Assembly (NCBI GenBank): GCA_937868205.1
Contig: CALMMC010000125.1
Location: forward strand, 29,788-93,787
DNA from: an uncultured bacterium
GTDB taxonomy: Bacteria; Acidobacteriota; Aminicenantia; Aminicenantales; UBA4085
Direction: 5' to 3'
Length of the DNA: 64,000 bases
Each line of letters opens with the position of its first letter. Within the stretch, counting starts at the first letter, position 1. The translations under genes were made by a program, and so were the position numbers. A model generated the notes under the pieces. That model ran no database searches. It saw only the letters and a list, made by a program, of their open reading frames with translations, and had not been told where the DNA came from. Positions 29,137 to 38,590 of this stretch are shown here, piece by piece.

Positions 29137-30075
29137 TCAACCGGACAGGCGGCCGCCCTCCGCCGGATGGATATGGACATACACCTTGCGAAGCATCTCC
29201 ACGTCCTCTCGCAATCGCGTCTCGGCGGCCGTGGCGATTTCGTCCGCCTCGCCGACGCGGAGGGCGCTGTTCACCCGGATGATGATATTGGCCACGAGGT
29301 AGGGTCCGAAGCGATGAGCCCGAATGTCCTCGATGCTGACGACGCCCGGAACGTCCCGCAGGGAGGCCGCGAACCGCTCCTTCATCTCCTCGCTCGGGAG
29401 GGTGTTCATCAGCTCGTCGGCCGACTCCAGGAGAATGGAAAATCCGGTTTTGGCCACGATCACCGCGACCGCCGCCCCGGCGATCGGATCGGCCCAGGGA
29501 TGCCCGGAAAGGGAAAGGAGAATGCCGGCTCCCACGCCGAGAGAGGCGAGAACGTCGTTGCGATGGTCCCGGGCGATGGCCTTCACGGCGAGGCTGTCGG
29601 TCACCCGCCCGGCGCGACGGGCTTGGAACATCAAAAAAAGCTTGGCGGCCACCGTGCCGGCGGCCGTCCACAACGTGAAAGAGGCGATGGCCGCGGGCGT
29701 CTCCTTTCCTTTGATCAAATCGAAAAGGGAATCGACGGCGTCCCAAAAAATCGCCAGGCCGCTCGTGACGACGAAGGCGCCGACCACGAGAGCGGCGATC
29801 GTTTCGTATTGATGATGGCCGTAGGGATGTTCGCGGTCGGCCGGCTTGCCCGACATCCCGACGAAGAATTTGACCACCAGGAAGTAGACGACGTCTGAGA
29901 CGGAATTGATCCCGTCGGCCAGGAGGGCCTTGCTGTGGCCGAGGATTCCCAAGCCGAGCTTGGCCGCGGCCAGGACGGCGTTTCCGGCCAAGCCGAGGTT
30001 GACGACGAGCCGGATCATGCGCCGTTGCTTCACCCGGCCGTCCGGCGGGCGCGGGACACCGTCCGCCGGCTTCAT
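29137..30075 (-). CDS. cation diffusion facilitator (CDF) family metal efflux transporter
   Basis: 312-aa ORF; six-TM domain with an HSKALLADGINSVSD motif, C-terminal cytoplasmic domain. ATGA overlap with the upstream methyltransferase. Confidence 0.9.
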   Translation of the reverse strand: MKPADGVPRPPDGRVKQRRMIRLVVNLGLAGNAVLAAAKLGLGILGHSKALLADGINSVSDVVYFLVVKFFVGMSGKPADREHPYGHHQYETIAALVVGAFVVTSGLAIFWDAVDSLFDLIKGKETPAAIASFTLWTAAGTVAAKLFLMFQARRAGRVTDSLAVKAIARDHRNDVLASLGVGAGILLSLSGHPWADPIAGAAVAVIVAKTGFSILLESADELMNTLPSEEMKERFAASLRDVPGVVSIEDIRAHRFGPYLVANIIIRVNSALRVGEADEIATAAETRLREDVEMLRKVYVHIHPAEGGRLSG

Positions 30076-30836
30076 TCCGTCCTCCGGGCCACGAAAAATT
30101 CATAGCCGAGCTCGGTCGAGCATTTTTCAAAGCCTTCGATTTCGGCCTGAGCCGCGTCGAGGACCTCCCGGGCGGCGGCCTTGTCTCGGCATGTCTCCCG
30201 CAATTCGCGGATGCGGGCCCGCATGGGGCCGTAATACGAATCGATCCAGGAGGAGGCCGGCAGGGTGAAATGGCCGTCCACCTCGTACCCGCACGCCTCG
30301 AACAGGGCGAGGTTGTCCTTGACATCCTTCATGTCCGCGTAGTCCCAGGCCCATTTCACGGCCTCGTCCGACCGGTCGTCCGTCAGCCAGACCAGCTCGG
30401 TCAGGCCGATCGAGCCGCCCGCTTTCAACAAGGGCCGGCAAGCCCGAAGTCCCTCGGCGAAGCCCATTTGGTAGAGGGCGCCCTCGGACCAGATCACATC
30501 GAACGTCCCGGGGGCGAAATCCATCGTCTTCATATCCTGGAGGACGGTCTTGATGCGCGCCGAAAGACCGAGCGCCCGGGCATCGGCCTCGACCCTCTCC
30601 AAGAACGGCCGGTGGTTGTCCAAGGCAATGATTCGTCCGCCGGAAATCCGGGCCAGGACCAGGGTTTGTTTTCCCGGGCCGCAGCCGATGTCCAGAATCA
30701 TCGGTTTTTCCGGAACGCCGTTCATCATCCGGAAGGCTTTTTCCGTCGAGGCGTCGTCGCCCGGGCCGGCCCGGGGGAGGGCTCCATAGACCTCGAAAAA
30801 ATAAGCCGTTTTGTCTTCCATCGGCTTATCATACAT
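30072..30836 (-). CDS. class I SAM-dependent methyltransferase
   Basis: 254-aa ORF; motif I ILDIGCGPG; GGAGG SD. Confidence 0.85.
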   Translation of the reverse strand: MYDKPMEDKTAYFFEVYGALPRAGPGDDASTEKAFRMMNGVPEKPMILDIGCGPGKQTLVLARISGGRIIALDNHRPFLERVEADARALGLSARIKTVLQDMKTMDFAPGTFDVIWSEGALYQMGFAEGLRACRPLLKAGGSIGLTELVWLTDDRSDEAVKWAWDYADMKDVKDNLALFEACGYEVDGHFTLPASSWIDSYYGPMRARIRELRETCRDKAAAREVLDAAQAEIEGFEKCSTELGYEFFVARRTE

Positions 30837-31020
30837 TATTTGGCGCCTCCGGCCATCATCCGGGCCCGCCGCGGTCCCCAGGGTCAGCCCCCTTCTCGGG
30901 CTTTTGCAGGATCGACGGACGCCGCATCTCGCGACGGCTCAAGCTGATCCATTCCTCCAAGTCCGCCTCCATCCCGAAGGGGACATTTTCGCTTTGCTAT
31001 CACATGCCCGCCGCCGTTCA

Positions 31021-31049
31021 TTGTCCGGACCGTTCCGATATGGTAAAAT
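31021..31049 (+). promoter_or_regulatory. candidate extended -10 promoter (TTGTCC-17-TAAAAT with upstream TG; TGgTAAAAT) for the ALDH / giant-protein operon
   Basis: tatggtaaaat at 31039-31049 in an AT-rich patch, about 175 nt upstream of the ATG at 31232. The leader ends in the inverted repeat TCCGGAA...TTCCGGA spanning the start codon. Confidence 0.35.
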
Positions 31050-31231
31050 ATTGTCTTCTATTTCATCTCATCGTCCTCGCCGGGGGATGATCCGGGAGAA
31101 GAAATCCCGTGGAACGCGTGTCGGTCTCTTGTTCTCGCCCTGTCTCCGGCGCAGCCTGTCGCCTCGGATCAGCCCCGGCCGATTTAACCGCTCTTTTCGT
31201 CCGGAAAGAGGACATTCCCCGTGAATTCCGG

Positions 31232-32791
31232 ATGGAGAAACCGATCGAGCCGGACCGGGTGTTCCTGGGCGGCGATCTGCAACCCTGGAAAGGGCGCCGT
31301 CTTGACGTCTACTCCCCCATCGATGTCCGAACCCAGGAGGGATTTTCCCCCCTGCGGCTGGGCTCCCTTCCCCGGATGACGGGCCGCGACGCCCTCCGCG
31401 CCCTGGCCGCCGCCCGGAAGGCTTTTTGCGGCGGACGCGGGGCTTGGCCCTCCCTGACTCTCGCCGGCCGCATCCGCCGCCTCGAGGACTTCAGCGCCCG
31501 GCTGGCCGGCCTCAAGGAGCCGGTCGTCCGGACATTAATGTGGGAAATCGCCAAACCCCGGGTCGAGCTCGAGGCCGAGTTCGACCGGACGATCGAATTG
31601 ATCGGCCGATTGATTCAAGCCGCGGTCAAACGGGACCGGGCCTCGCGGTCCCTGATCCGGCAAAAGGGCATCATCGGCCTCGTCTGCGACGAGCCGCGGG
31701 GCGTCGCCCTGTGCGCCGGGCCGTATAATTATCCTCTGTTCGAGACGTTTGGGCTCGTTGTGCCCGCCCTCCTGGCCGGCAACACGGTGATCATCAAGCC
31801 TCCCCGCTTCGGCGTCTTGTTTTTCGATTTCCTTCTCGAGCCTCTCGCGTCCTGCTTCCCTCCGGGCACGGTCCACGTCCTTTCGGGAGACGGGCCGGCC
31901 GTTCTCGATCCCCTCTTGAAAATCGGCGGGATCGACGTCTTCGCCTTCATCGGTTCCAAGGCGGTGGCCGACCGGCTGACCAGCCTGCATCCGAAGCGGA
32001 CGCGCCTGCGGGTCCTCCTCGGCCTGGGCGCCAAGAACGCGGCCGTGATCCTGCCCGACGCCGACCTGGAGACGGCCGTCGGCGAGTGCCTGCTGGGCGC
32101 CCTGGCCTTCAACGGCCAACGCTGCGCGGCCCTGAAGATTCTCTTCGTCCACGAGGCGGTCCGGAAGCCGTTCCTCGACCGCCTTGCTGCGGAAACGGCC
32201 AAAATCAGAATCGGCATGCCCTGGGCGAAAGGCGTCCGCATCACCCCCCTGGCCGACCCTGTCCGGATGTCCTATCTCCGGTCGCTCATCGACGACGCCG
32301 CCGGCCGCGGGGCGGACGTCATCAACGAAAACGGCGGCCGGTCCGCGGGCTCGCTCCTCTGTCCCGCCGTCCTTCAACCGGTCACGCCCCGGATGCGGAT
32401 CTATCGCGAGGAGCAGTTCGGGCCGCTCGTTCCGATCGTCGATTTCCGCCGGATGGAGGAGCCGGTCGACTACCTCCGGGCGTCCTCCTTCGGTCAACAG
32501 GCGAGCGTCTTCGGGACCGACGTCCGGACGCTCGGTCCGCTCATCGACGCCGCCCGCGCCCAGGTCGCCCGGGTCAACCTCAACGCCAAGTGCCAACGCG
32601 GGCCGGATGTCTTTCCCTTCACCGGGAAGAAAGATTCGGCCCGGGGGGATTTCTCGGTTTCGGAAATTTTTGGATTCTTCGCCGACCGGACCGTCGTCGC
32701 CGCCAGGGACGACGGCCGAGGGGCGGCCCTCCTCAAGCGGTATCGGGCGGTCTCCGGGCGGAGCGGATCCGGAGAAAGGATCGTCTCATGA
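31232..32791 (+). CDS. aldehyde dehydrogenase family protein, GapN-like (non-phosphorylating glyceraldehyde-3-phosphate dehydrogenase-like)
   Basis: 519-aa ORF from the ATG at 31232 (an in-frame GTG at 31109 with a GGGAGA SD is an alternative start). Catalytic-Cys region ALAFNGQRCAALK and C-terminal CQRGPDVFPFTGKKDSARG resemble GapN. Its stop overlaps the next start (ATGA). Confidence 0.8.
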   Translation: MEKPIEPDRVFLGGDLQPWKGRRLDVYSPIDVRTQEGFSPLRLGSLPRMTGRDALRALAAARKAFCGGRGAWPSLTLAGRIRRLEDFSARLAGLKEPVVRTLMWEIAKPRVELEAEFDRTIELIGRLIQAAVKRDRASRSLIRQKGIIGLVCDEPRGVALCAGPYNYPLFETFGLVVPALLAGNTVIIKPPRFGVLFFDFLLEPLASCFPPGTVHVLSGDGPAVLDPLLKIGGIDVFAFIGSKAVADRLTSLHPKRTRLRVLLGLGAKNAAVILPDADLETAVGECLLGALAFNGQRCAALKILFVHEAVRKPFLDRLAAETAKIRIGMPWAKGVRITPLADPVRMSYLRSLIDDAAGRGADVINENGGRSAGSLLCPAVLQPVTPRMRIYREEQFGPLVPIVDFRRMEEPVDYLRASSFGQQASVFGTDVRTLGPLIDAARAQVARVNLNAKCQRGPDVFPFTGKKDSARGDFSVSEIFGFFADRTVVAARDDGRGAALLKRYRAVSGRSGSGERIVS

Positions 32792-35700
32792 GCCCGACGA
32801 ACGCCCATTCCCTCCGGACGGGCGGGTCCGACCCCGTTCTCCCCCCTCCGGCCCGGACGCTGATCGAGCTGGTCCGGGAATCCTACGGAACGCACCTCCG
32901 CATCCGCAATTTTTTGGAGGATTACCACCGGACCGGGCGGAAAGAGGCCGCCCGGGCCGAGGACTGGCGGCGGATCAGCCTCGAGGATTTTCACGTTTTC
33001 GACGCCCATCCCCGGGGGCGGGAAGCCCATGAAATCGTCGTCGACCTGTTTTTCGAGATGATCGAGCCGTCGCAAGAAGAGGACGTCCGGGAGAAAAGCC
33101 TCGCCGGGTTGTTCGAGTATCTCCGCAAGATCATGAACGACAGCGGGCCGAACCTCGACCGCAATCTTCCCCTCGTCGACCGGGCTTTCAACCGGGTTCT
33201 TTCCGCCGTTCCGGACGGAGACGGCCTCCTGAAAAAGTCGGCCCGGGACATGAAGCTGATCCTGGGAACCTGCCTCGAGAGGAACCTTCCCCTTTCGCAC
33301 GGAGCGTATCAAAGCTTGGCCGGCCGGGCGTTCCGGTCGTCCTTCGATTACTGGCTCGCCCAACCCGATCCGGAGGAAGGATTCATTCCCTTCAAGGCCG
33401 AGGACGGAGACGGAGCGGACCGGGATCTTTATTTGAGCCTGGTCGAGCCGCTGAGCCGGAAACGGCTCCGGGAATGGAAAAGCCTGGTCGACGCCTGCGA
33501 CGGCGGCTCGGAGCCCGGCGACTGGGCCGGGTTTTCCGGCCTCCTCGAATGGCCGGATTACTACCAAATCGCCAAGGGGTATTTGAAAATCGCCGACGAA
33601 ATCGAGAAAGCGTCCTTCTCGGACGGCCGCCGGCACGAAATCCGACTCCTGTACCTTTTCCGGATCATTTCCGTCCCCGGATTCCGGGACATCCACCGCG
33701 AAGCCCTGATCGAGATCAACCGTTCCCTGGGCCGGGTGTTCGCCGGTCTTCCTCCCGACAAGCGGGAGCCGATGATCTCCCTGCTGTTCCAGACGTTCCG
33801 GGAGAGCGCCGCCCGGGCCGCGTATCCCGACACCATGATGAGCTGCCTCAGCACGGCGGCCCGGGAAGTCTTCAAGCTCGACCGCCATCCCGAGGTCAAG
33901 GTCCTGCTCGACGAGATCATCCGGTTCGGTTTCGTCGGCCCCGGCATCCGCGGGGCGACCACCGACTGGGAAGTGAAATTCAACCCTCTCCACGTCAAGA
34001 ACATCCGGGCCTGGATCGAAATCATCGCCCTCAAGCCCCGCTGGACCAAGCCTCTGCTGTCGGCCTTGATCGCCCATCTGAAAATCGGCGGGGTCTTCGT
34101 CCGCGACGCCGACCTCCTCCAGAAGGACATTTCCGCCCTTCTCAACGCCGACATCACCCCGGCCCACAACCTGGTTCTTCAATTGGCCCGCCTCTTCCCG
34201 GTGTATTTCAACGACATCAACGCCGGCGGCGAGCTCCGGGATAATACGACCCGCCTGGACGCCCTCTGCTTTCGGGAGGATCCGCTCATCCACTTCATCC
34301 GGAAACAGACTCACGTGGAGTGCAACAGCACGCTTGTCCCCTTCTGCGAAGCCGTCCTGGAATATTGGGCGGCGGGCCGAAAGGAAGGAATGAAGCCGTT
34401 CCTCCCGGCGGAGATCTACGACGCGCTCCAGCCCTCCGGGCCATTCTACGACGGCCTTCACCGGGTGATGGCCGGAGTGTCGCGGGAGGCCGGCGGCGAT
34501 CTCCGGGAAACGCTCGCCTGGGACCAGATGAAAATCCTCAAAACCGTCCGGGAAATCCCGGACGTTCCCGAGCCGGACAAGGAGAAGGCGGCCCTGTTCC
34601 TCCGTCTCTATCAGCTCCTCCACCGCAAGTATTTCGTCCAGCATCAGGACGTCCTCAAGGATCTCGACGCCTCCTTCTTGTTCGACCGCCGGAAAATCGA
34701 CATTTTGAAGCGGGCCTTGGCCCGGCAAACGCCCGGCCCGGCCCTGGCGGTTCTCCTGGAATTCCTCGAGATCCTGAAGGACCGCTTCCTCTCCCCCAAA
34801 AAGACCGAGGCGCTGGAGGATCTCTACGAAAAGCGGCACATCGCCGTCGGGATCCCGTCCGTCTACGGCACCTACCGCGAGGAGAAATTCGACGCCCTCC
34901 GTCTCTACCTCAAGCTCCAAAGCCTGGCCGACGTCCAGCTCGAGCACGCCCTCGCCCCGGTGAATCTCCGCTTCATCACCCGGAGCACGCTGGTCGAAAT
35001 CCACCGCTTCCTCGTGATCTTTCTGAAGGTCCTCGCCTTGGAGGGGATCGCGACCGAGGGCCTGACGTCCAAGGTCCGTCTCCTCGAAGGAGCCCTCAAG
35101 GCTCCGCGGTTCAGCATGGCCCAATACACCGACATCTTCCAATTCATCTCCAAGGGCGTCCAAGACGTCATCCACGTTTATTTCATCGACGCCCACCGGG
35201 CCCGACTGCCGCTCGTCATCCGTCAGGTCCTGGCCGCTCTCCCCCAAGAGGAACGCCCCAGTCCGGACAAGGAAGAGGAGGAGATCTACATCCGGACCGA
35301 AAACTTCATCCGCTCGCTGATCGCCTCGTCCTTCGGCCTGCAGACGATCGACAATTTCGTCAGCACCATCCTCCGGACGCTCTGCGCCGAGGAGGAGAAA
35401 TTCAAGGACCAAGCGCATCTCCGCAACGTCCTGATGAGCTACGATCCCGGGGCCGCCGTCGTCCCGATCGGGGAAAAAATGGGTCCCCGGGACGACCAAA
35501 TCCTCCTCGGAAACAAGGGATATTTCCTGAAAAAATTGCACTCCTTCGGATTTCCCGTCCCCCCGGGATTCATCCTGACGACGGAAGTCTTCCGCTGCAA
35601 AGAAGCCATCCGGAGCGACCGGAACATCGGCCGGGACCTCGACCAGCGCATCGACCGGCAATTAAGAATTCTCGAACAGACCGCCCGCAAGAAGCTGGGG

Positions 35701-36987
35701 GATCCCCATAATCCTCTCCTTCTTTCGGTCCGGAGCGGATCGGCGATCTCCGCTCCCGGGATGATGACGTCGTTTCTCAATGTGGGCCTCAACGATCAAA
35801 TCGCCGAGGCTCTGGCCGCCCGCCCCAGGTACGCCTGGGCCGCCTGGGACTGTTACCGCCGGTTTCTCCAGTTCTGGGGCATGTCGGAGGGCATGGACCG
35901 GGACTTCTTCGACGACACCATCGACCAGTTCAAGGCCGATCTCGGGATCGTCAAGAAATTCGATTTCACGCCGGAACAGATGCGGGACATCGCCTTCGCC
36001 TACCGGAAGGGTCTGAGCCAAAGCGGAATCACCCTCCCGGATAATCCCCGGGAGCAATTGGACAAGGCCTTTTTCAAGGTGATCGAATCCTGGGATTCTC
36101 CCCGGGCCGAGATCTACCGGGCGGAGATGAACATCTCCAGCGACTGGGGCACGGCCGTCATCGTCCAGGCCATGGTGTACGGCAACTTAAACAGCGATTC
36201 CGGGACGGGGGTCATCTTCACCCGGGAACCCAAGGGGCTGACGAGCTCCGTTTCCCTGTTCGGCGACTTCACCCACGGCGCCCAAGGGGACGATATCGTC
36301 ACCGGCTTGGTTGAAACCTACCCCATTTCCGAAACGCAGCGAATCAGCGAAGGACGGGACGAGCCGATCTCCCTGGAATCCCAGTTTCCGGCGGTCTACG
36401 GCGAGCTCAAGCGCCTGGCCGAAACCCTGGTCTATGAAAAGGGATTCGAGCACCAGGAGATCGAATTCACCTTCGAAAGCGCGACGAAAGAGGGGCTCTA
36501 CATCCTTCAGACGCGCGATCTGCCGCCGCCGGAACCCGCCCGGGTGAAGGTCTTCACCCGGACCGAAAAGCTCGAAAAATCCCGCCTCGGCAACGGAATC
36601 GGCATCAGCGGGGGGGCCTTGTGCGGCCGGGCCGTTTTCTCGGAGGCCGACATCGAGGAATTCAGCCGACAGGATCCAAACGTCCCCCTGATCTTGATCC
36701 GGCCGGACACGGTTCCCGACGACATCGGCCTGCTGCGGGGAGTCGAAGGCCTCCTGACGGCCAAAGGCGGCAGCACCTCGCACGCCGCGGTGATTATCCC
36801 CCAGCTCAAGAAAGTCGGCGTTGTCGGGCTCCGGAGCCTGAAGGTCGATGAAAAAAGCGGAACGGGGACGATCCACGACGCCGTCATCCGCCGCGGCGAT
36901 TTCCTCAGCCTGGACGGCTGGAGCGGAGCCGTCTATCGCGGCCGCCACCGGATCGAACCGGAGCCGGCCGTTCCGGCCAAGGTCTGA
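32788..36987 (+). CDS. 1399-aa multidomain protein: ~890-aa uncharacterised helical N-terminal region fused to a PEP-synthase/PPDK-type ATP-grasp nucleotide-binding domain and a PEP-utilising phosphohistidine swivel domain (no PEP/pyruvate TIM-barrel domain)
   Basis: Continuous 4.2-kb ORF; GGAGAAAGGA SD 7 nt upstream. The PPDK_N-like region starts around 35470 (LLGNKGYFLKKL...GFPVPPGFILTTE). The mobile-domain motif GGSTSHAAVI has its His codon at 36781-36783. Confidence 0.8.
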   Translation: MSPTNAHSLRTGGSDPVLPPPARTLIELVRESYGTHLRIRNFLEDYHRTGRKEAARAEDWRRISLEDFHVFDAHPRGREAHEIVVDLFFEMIEPSQEEDVREKSLAGLFEYLRKIMNDSGPNLDRNLPLVDRAFNRVLSAVPDGDGLLKKSARDMKLILGTCLERNLPLSHGAYQSLAGRAFRSSFDYWLAQPDPEEGFIPFKAEDGDGADRDLYLSLVEPLSRKRLREWKSLVDACDGGSEPGDWAGFSGLLEWPDYYQIAKGYLKIADEIEKASFSDGRRHEIRLLYLFRIISVPGFRDIHREALIEINRSLGRVFAGLPPDKREPMISLLFQTFRESAARAAYPDTMMSCLSTAAREVFKLDRHPEVKVLLDEIIRFGFVGPGIRGATTDWEVKFNPLHVKNIRAWIEIIALKPRWTKPLLSALIAHLKIGGVFVRDADLLQKDISALLNADITPAHNLVLQLARLFPVYFNDINAGGELRDNTTRLDALCFREDPLIHFIRKQTHVECNSTLVPFCEAVLEYWAAGRKEGMKPFLPAEIYDALQPSGPFYDGLHRVMAGVSREAGGDLRETLAWDQMKILKTVREIPDVPEPDKEKAALFLRLYQLLHRKYFVQHQDVLKDLDASFLFDRRKIDILKRALARQTPGPALAVLLEFLEILKDRFLSPKKTEALEDLYEKRHIAVGIPSVYGTYREEKFDALRLYLKLQSLADVQLEHALAPVNLRFITRSTLVEIHRFLVIFLKVLALEGIATEGLTSKVRLLEGALKAPRFSMAQYTDIFQFISKGVQDVIHVYFIDAHRARLPLVIRQVLAALPQEERPSPDKEEEEIYIRTENFIRSLIASSFGLQTIDNFVSTILRTLCAEEEKFKDQAHLRNVLMSYDPGAAVVPIGEKMGPRDDQILLGNKGYFLKKLHSFGFPVPPGFILTTEVFRCKEAIRSDRNIGRDLDQRIDRQLRILEQTARKKLGDPHNPLLLSVRSGSAISAPGMMTSFLNVGLNDQIAEALAARPRYAWAAWDCYRRFLQFWGMSEGMDRDFFDDTIDQFKADLGIVKKFDFTPEQMRDIAFAYRKGLSQSGITLPDNPREQLDKAFFKVIESWDSPRAEIYRAEMNISSDWGTAVIVQAMVYGNLNSDSGTGVIFTREPKGLTSSVSLFGDFTHGAQGDDIVTGLVETYPISETQRISEGRDEPISLESQFPAVYGELKRLAETLVYEKGFEHQEIEFTFESATKEGLYILQTRDLPPPEPARVKVFTRTEKLEKSRLGNGIGISGGALCGRAVFSEADIEEFSRQDPNVPLILIRPDTVPDDIGLLRGVEGLLTAKGGSTSHAAVIIPQLKKVGVVGLRSLKVDEKSGTGTIHDAVIRRGDFLSLDGWSGAVYRGRHRIEPEPAVPAKV

Positions 36988-37011
36988 AACGCGTTTCGGA
37001 CGGAACCGGCC

Positions 37012-38283
37012 TTACTTCAATGACTGCTGGATGTGGACGGCCAGGTCGCCCATCCGGTTCGTGTAGCTCCCGTATTCATTGTCATACCAGCCGAAGACTT
37101 TGGCGTGGACGACCGGGATCTCCAGGCGCTTGACGGGAAAAGCGGCCCGGGTTTCCGGCGGTAGGGCGGAGATCTGCGACACGTCGATGTCGATGAAGGC
37201 GGTCCGGGTGTGATTGAACTGACCCTCGATGACGACCGAGGCGTCGACGCCGGCCACGTCGGCCGAGACGTTCTGCTCCTCGGAGAACACCAGGCGCCGT
37301 TCCGGGTCGCGGGCCGCGGCCTGCCGGTAGATCTCGTTGATCGCCCGGGCGTCGATCGCCGGGACGCCGGCGTCTCCGGGATTTTGGAACGTGACGTTCA
37401 GGATGATGATCGATTCCGTCTTCATCGGGATGCGGATGGAATCGGCCATGAAGCCGATGGCTTTCACCTCGGGAACGGCCAGGGCCAGGGCCTCGGCCGC
37501 GTTGGTCGACGTCAGGATGATGTTGTCGAGGACGGAGCGCGATTTTCTCAGGTCCTTCGCCCCGGCCTTGGGGACGTTGTCCAGGACGCTCTGCGAATTC
37601 GTGGCCGCGTGGACCGTTGAGGCCGAGGCGGTCAGGATCGCCCGAGTCTTTTCGTGGTCGACGAGGGGCTTGATCATATGGGCGAGGGCGGTCGTCGTGC
37701 AGGAGGCGGCCGAGACGAGGGAATGCCGGTCCGGATCGAAAGCCCGGTGATTGATGCCGTAGATCAGGGTCACGGCGTCCTCGGGCATGGGCAGGGCCCG
37801 GTTCTTGAGCTTGAAGGCCGCCGAGGCGAGGACGACCCGGGCGCCGCCCTGCAAATGGCCGCGGAGCGATCCCTTGGCCGCGTCCGGTTCCGCCGTCGGA
37901 TCCAGGAACTGTCCGGTGCAATCGGCCACCACATCCACGCCGTAATCGCGCCATGGGATGTCCTTGGGATTCCGGTCCTTCCGCAGAACCGTCACCGGGA
38001 TCCCGTCGATCAGAAGCTTGCCTTCCTTTTCATCGACGATCTGGATCCGGGGCTCGGCGTTGATCCCGTAAAGAAACGTATGCATGCGGCCGTAGGTTGA
38101 ATCTTTTTCGATCGTCTGGACGACGGCGTCCATCCCGGCGCCGATTTCCCGGCCCTGGCTGACGACGATCTCCTTGAAATACTTCCGCCCGACATGATGC
38201 CACAGGGTGAGCTTGCCGATCCTCCCCAGGCTGTTGATGCCCAGAACCGGTTTTTTTTCCGAGAACAAAGCAGACGCCTTCAT
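37012..38283 (-). CDS. glyceraldehyde-3-phosphate dehydrogenase family protein (divergent, extended to 423 aa)
   Basis: N-terminal NAD motif INSLGRIGK, catalytic ASCTTTALAH (GAPDH has SCTTNCLAP), and C-terminal WYDNEYGSYTNR. GAGGAG SD 8 nt upstream. Confidence 0.75.
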   Translation of the reverse strand: MKASALFSEKKPVLGINSLGRIGKLTLWHHVGRKYFKEIVVSQGREIGAGMDAVVQTIEKDSTYGRMHTFLYGINAEPRIQIVDEKEGKLLIDGIPVTVLRKDRNPKDIPWRDYGVDVVADCTGQFLDPTAEPDAAKGSLRGHLQGGARVVLASAAFKLKNRALPMPEDAVTLIYGINHRAFDPDRHSLVSAASCTTTALAHMIKPLVDHEKTRAILTASASTVHAATNSQSVLDNVPKAGAKDLRKSRSVLDNIILTSTNAAEALALAVPEVKAIGFMADSIRIPMKTESIIILNVTFQNPGDAGVPAIDARAINEIYRQAAARDPERRLVFSEEQNVSADVAGVDASVVIEGQFNHTRTAFIDIDVSQISALPPETRAAFPVKRLEIPVVHAKVFGWYDNEYGSYTNRMGDLAVHIQQSLK

Positions 38284-38392
38284 CGGAGACTCCTCGATTG
38301 TTTTTTTAAACGAAAGAAAACGAATTACTCCCTAATAACGAAACATCCCGCGGCCGGCGGACGCGCCGCCCGGCTGGAGGATGTTAGATGAA

Positions 38393-38421
38393 AACATATC
38401 ATCGGGAGCGCCGGCTGTCAA
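38393..38421 (-). promoter_or_regulatory. sigma70-type promoter TTGACA-17nt-TATGTT (minus strand) for the GAPDH-like gene
   Basis: On the minus strand: TTGACA (38416-38421), 17-nt spacer, TATGTT (38393-38398). These are the same hexamers as the promoter at 1809-1837. Confidence 0.45.
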
Positions 38422-38590
38422 GGCCGTGAACTCGTCCAGGCCGTCCGGGCTCTATGACGAATATTGTGGCAGTCATGGGATCAAAACGGCCAGTACGGAT
38501 ATCGATATCGACATTGCGGAAGCCGAAGCTAACCCTTTATATCATCTTGATTTGAGTATGGACGTCTTCGGCGAAAGCCCGGAAATCTTC

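Noticed and set aside
31109-31231. Upstream in-frame GTG start (31109) for the ALDH
   Set aside because: The GapN-like N-terminus aligns from the ATG at 31232. It is kept as an alternative because a GGGAGA SD precedes the GTG.
32494-35661. 1055-aa antisense ORF inside the giant kinase gene, plus many 60-350 aa ORFs on both strands across 32-37 kb
   Set aside because: Antisense to a coherent 4.2-kb ORF with recognisable C-terminal domains. Their compositions are GC-artefact-like (R/G/P/A-rich) and they have no RBS.
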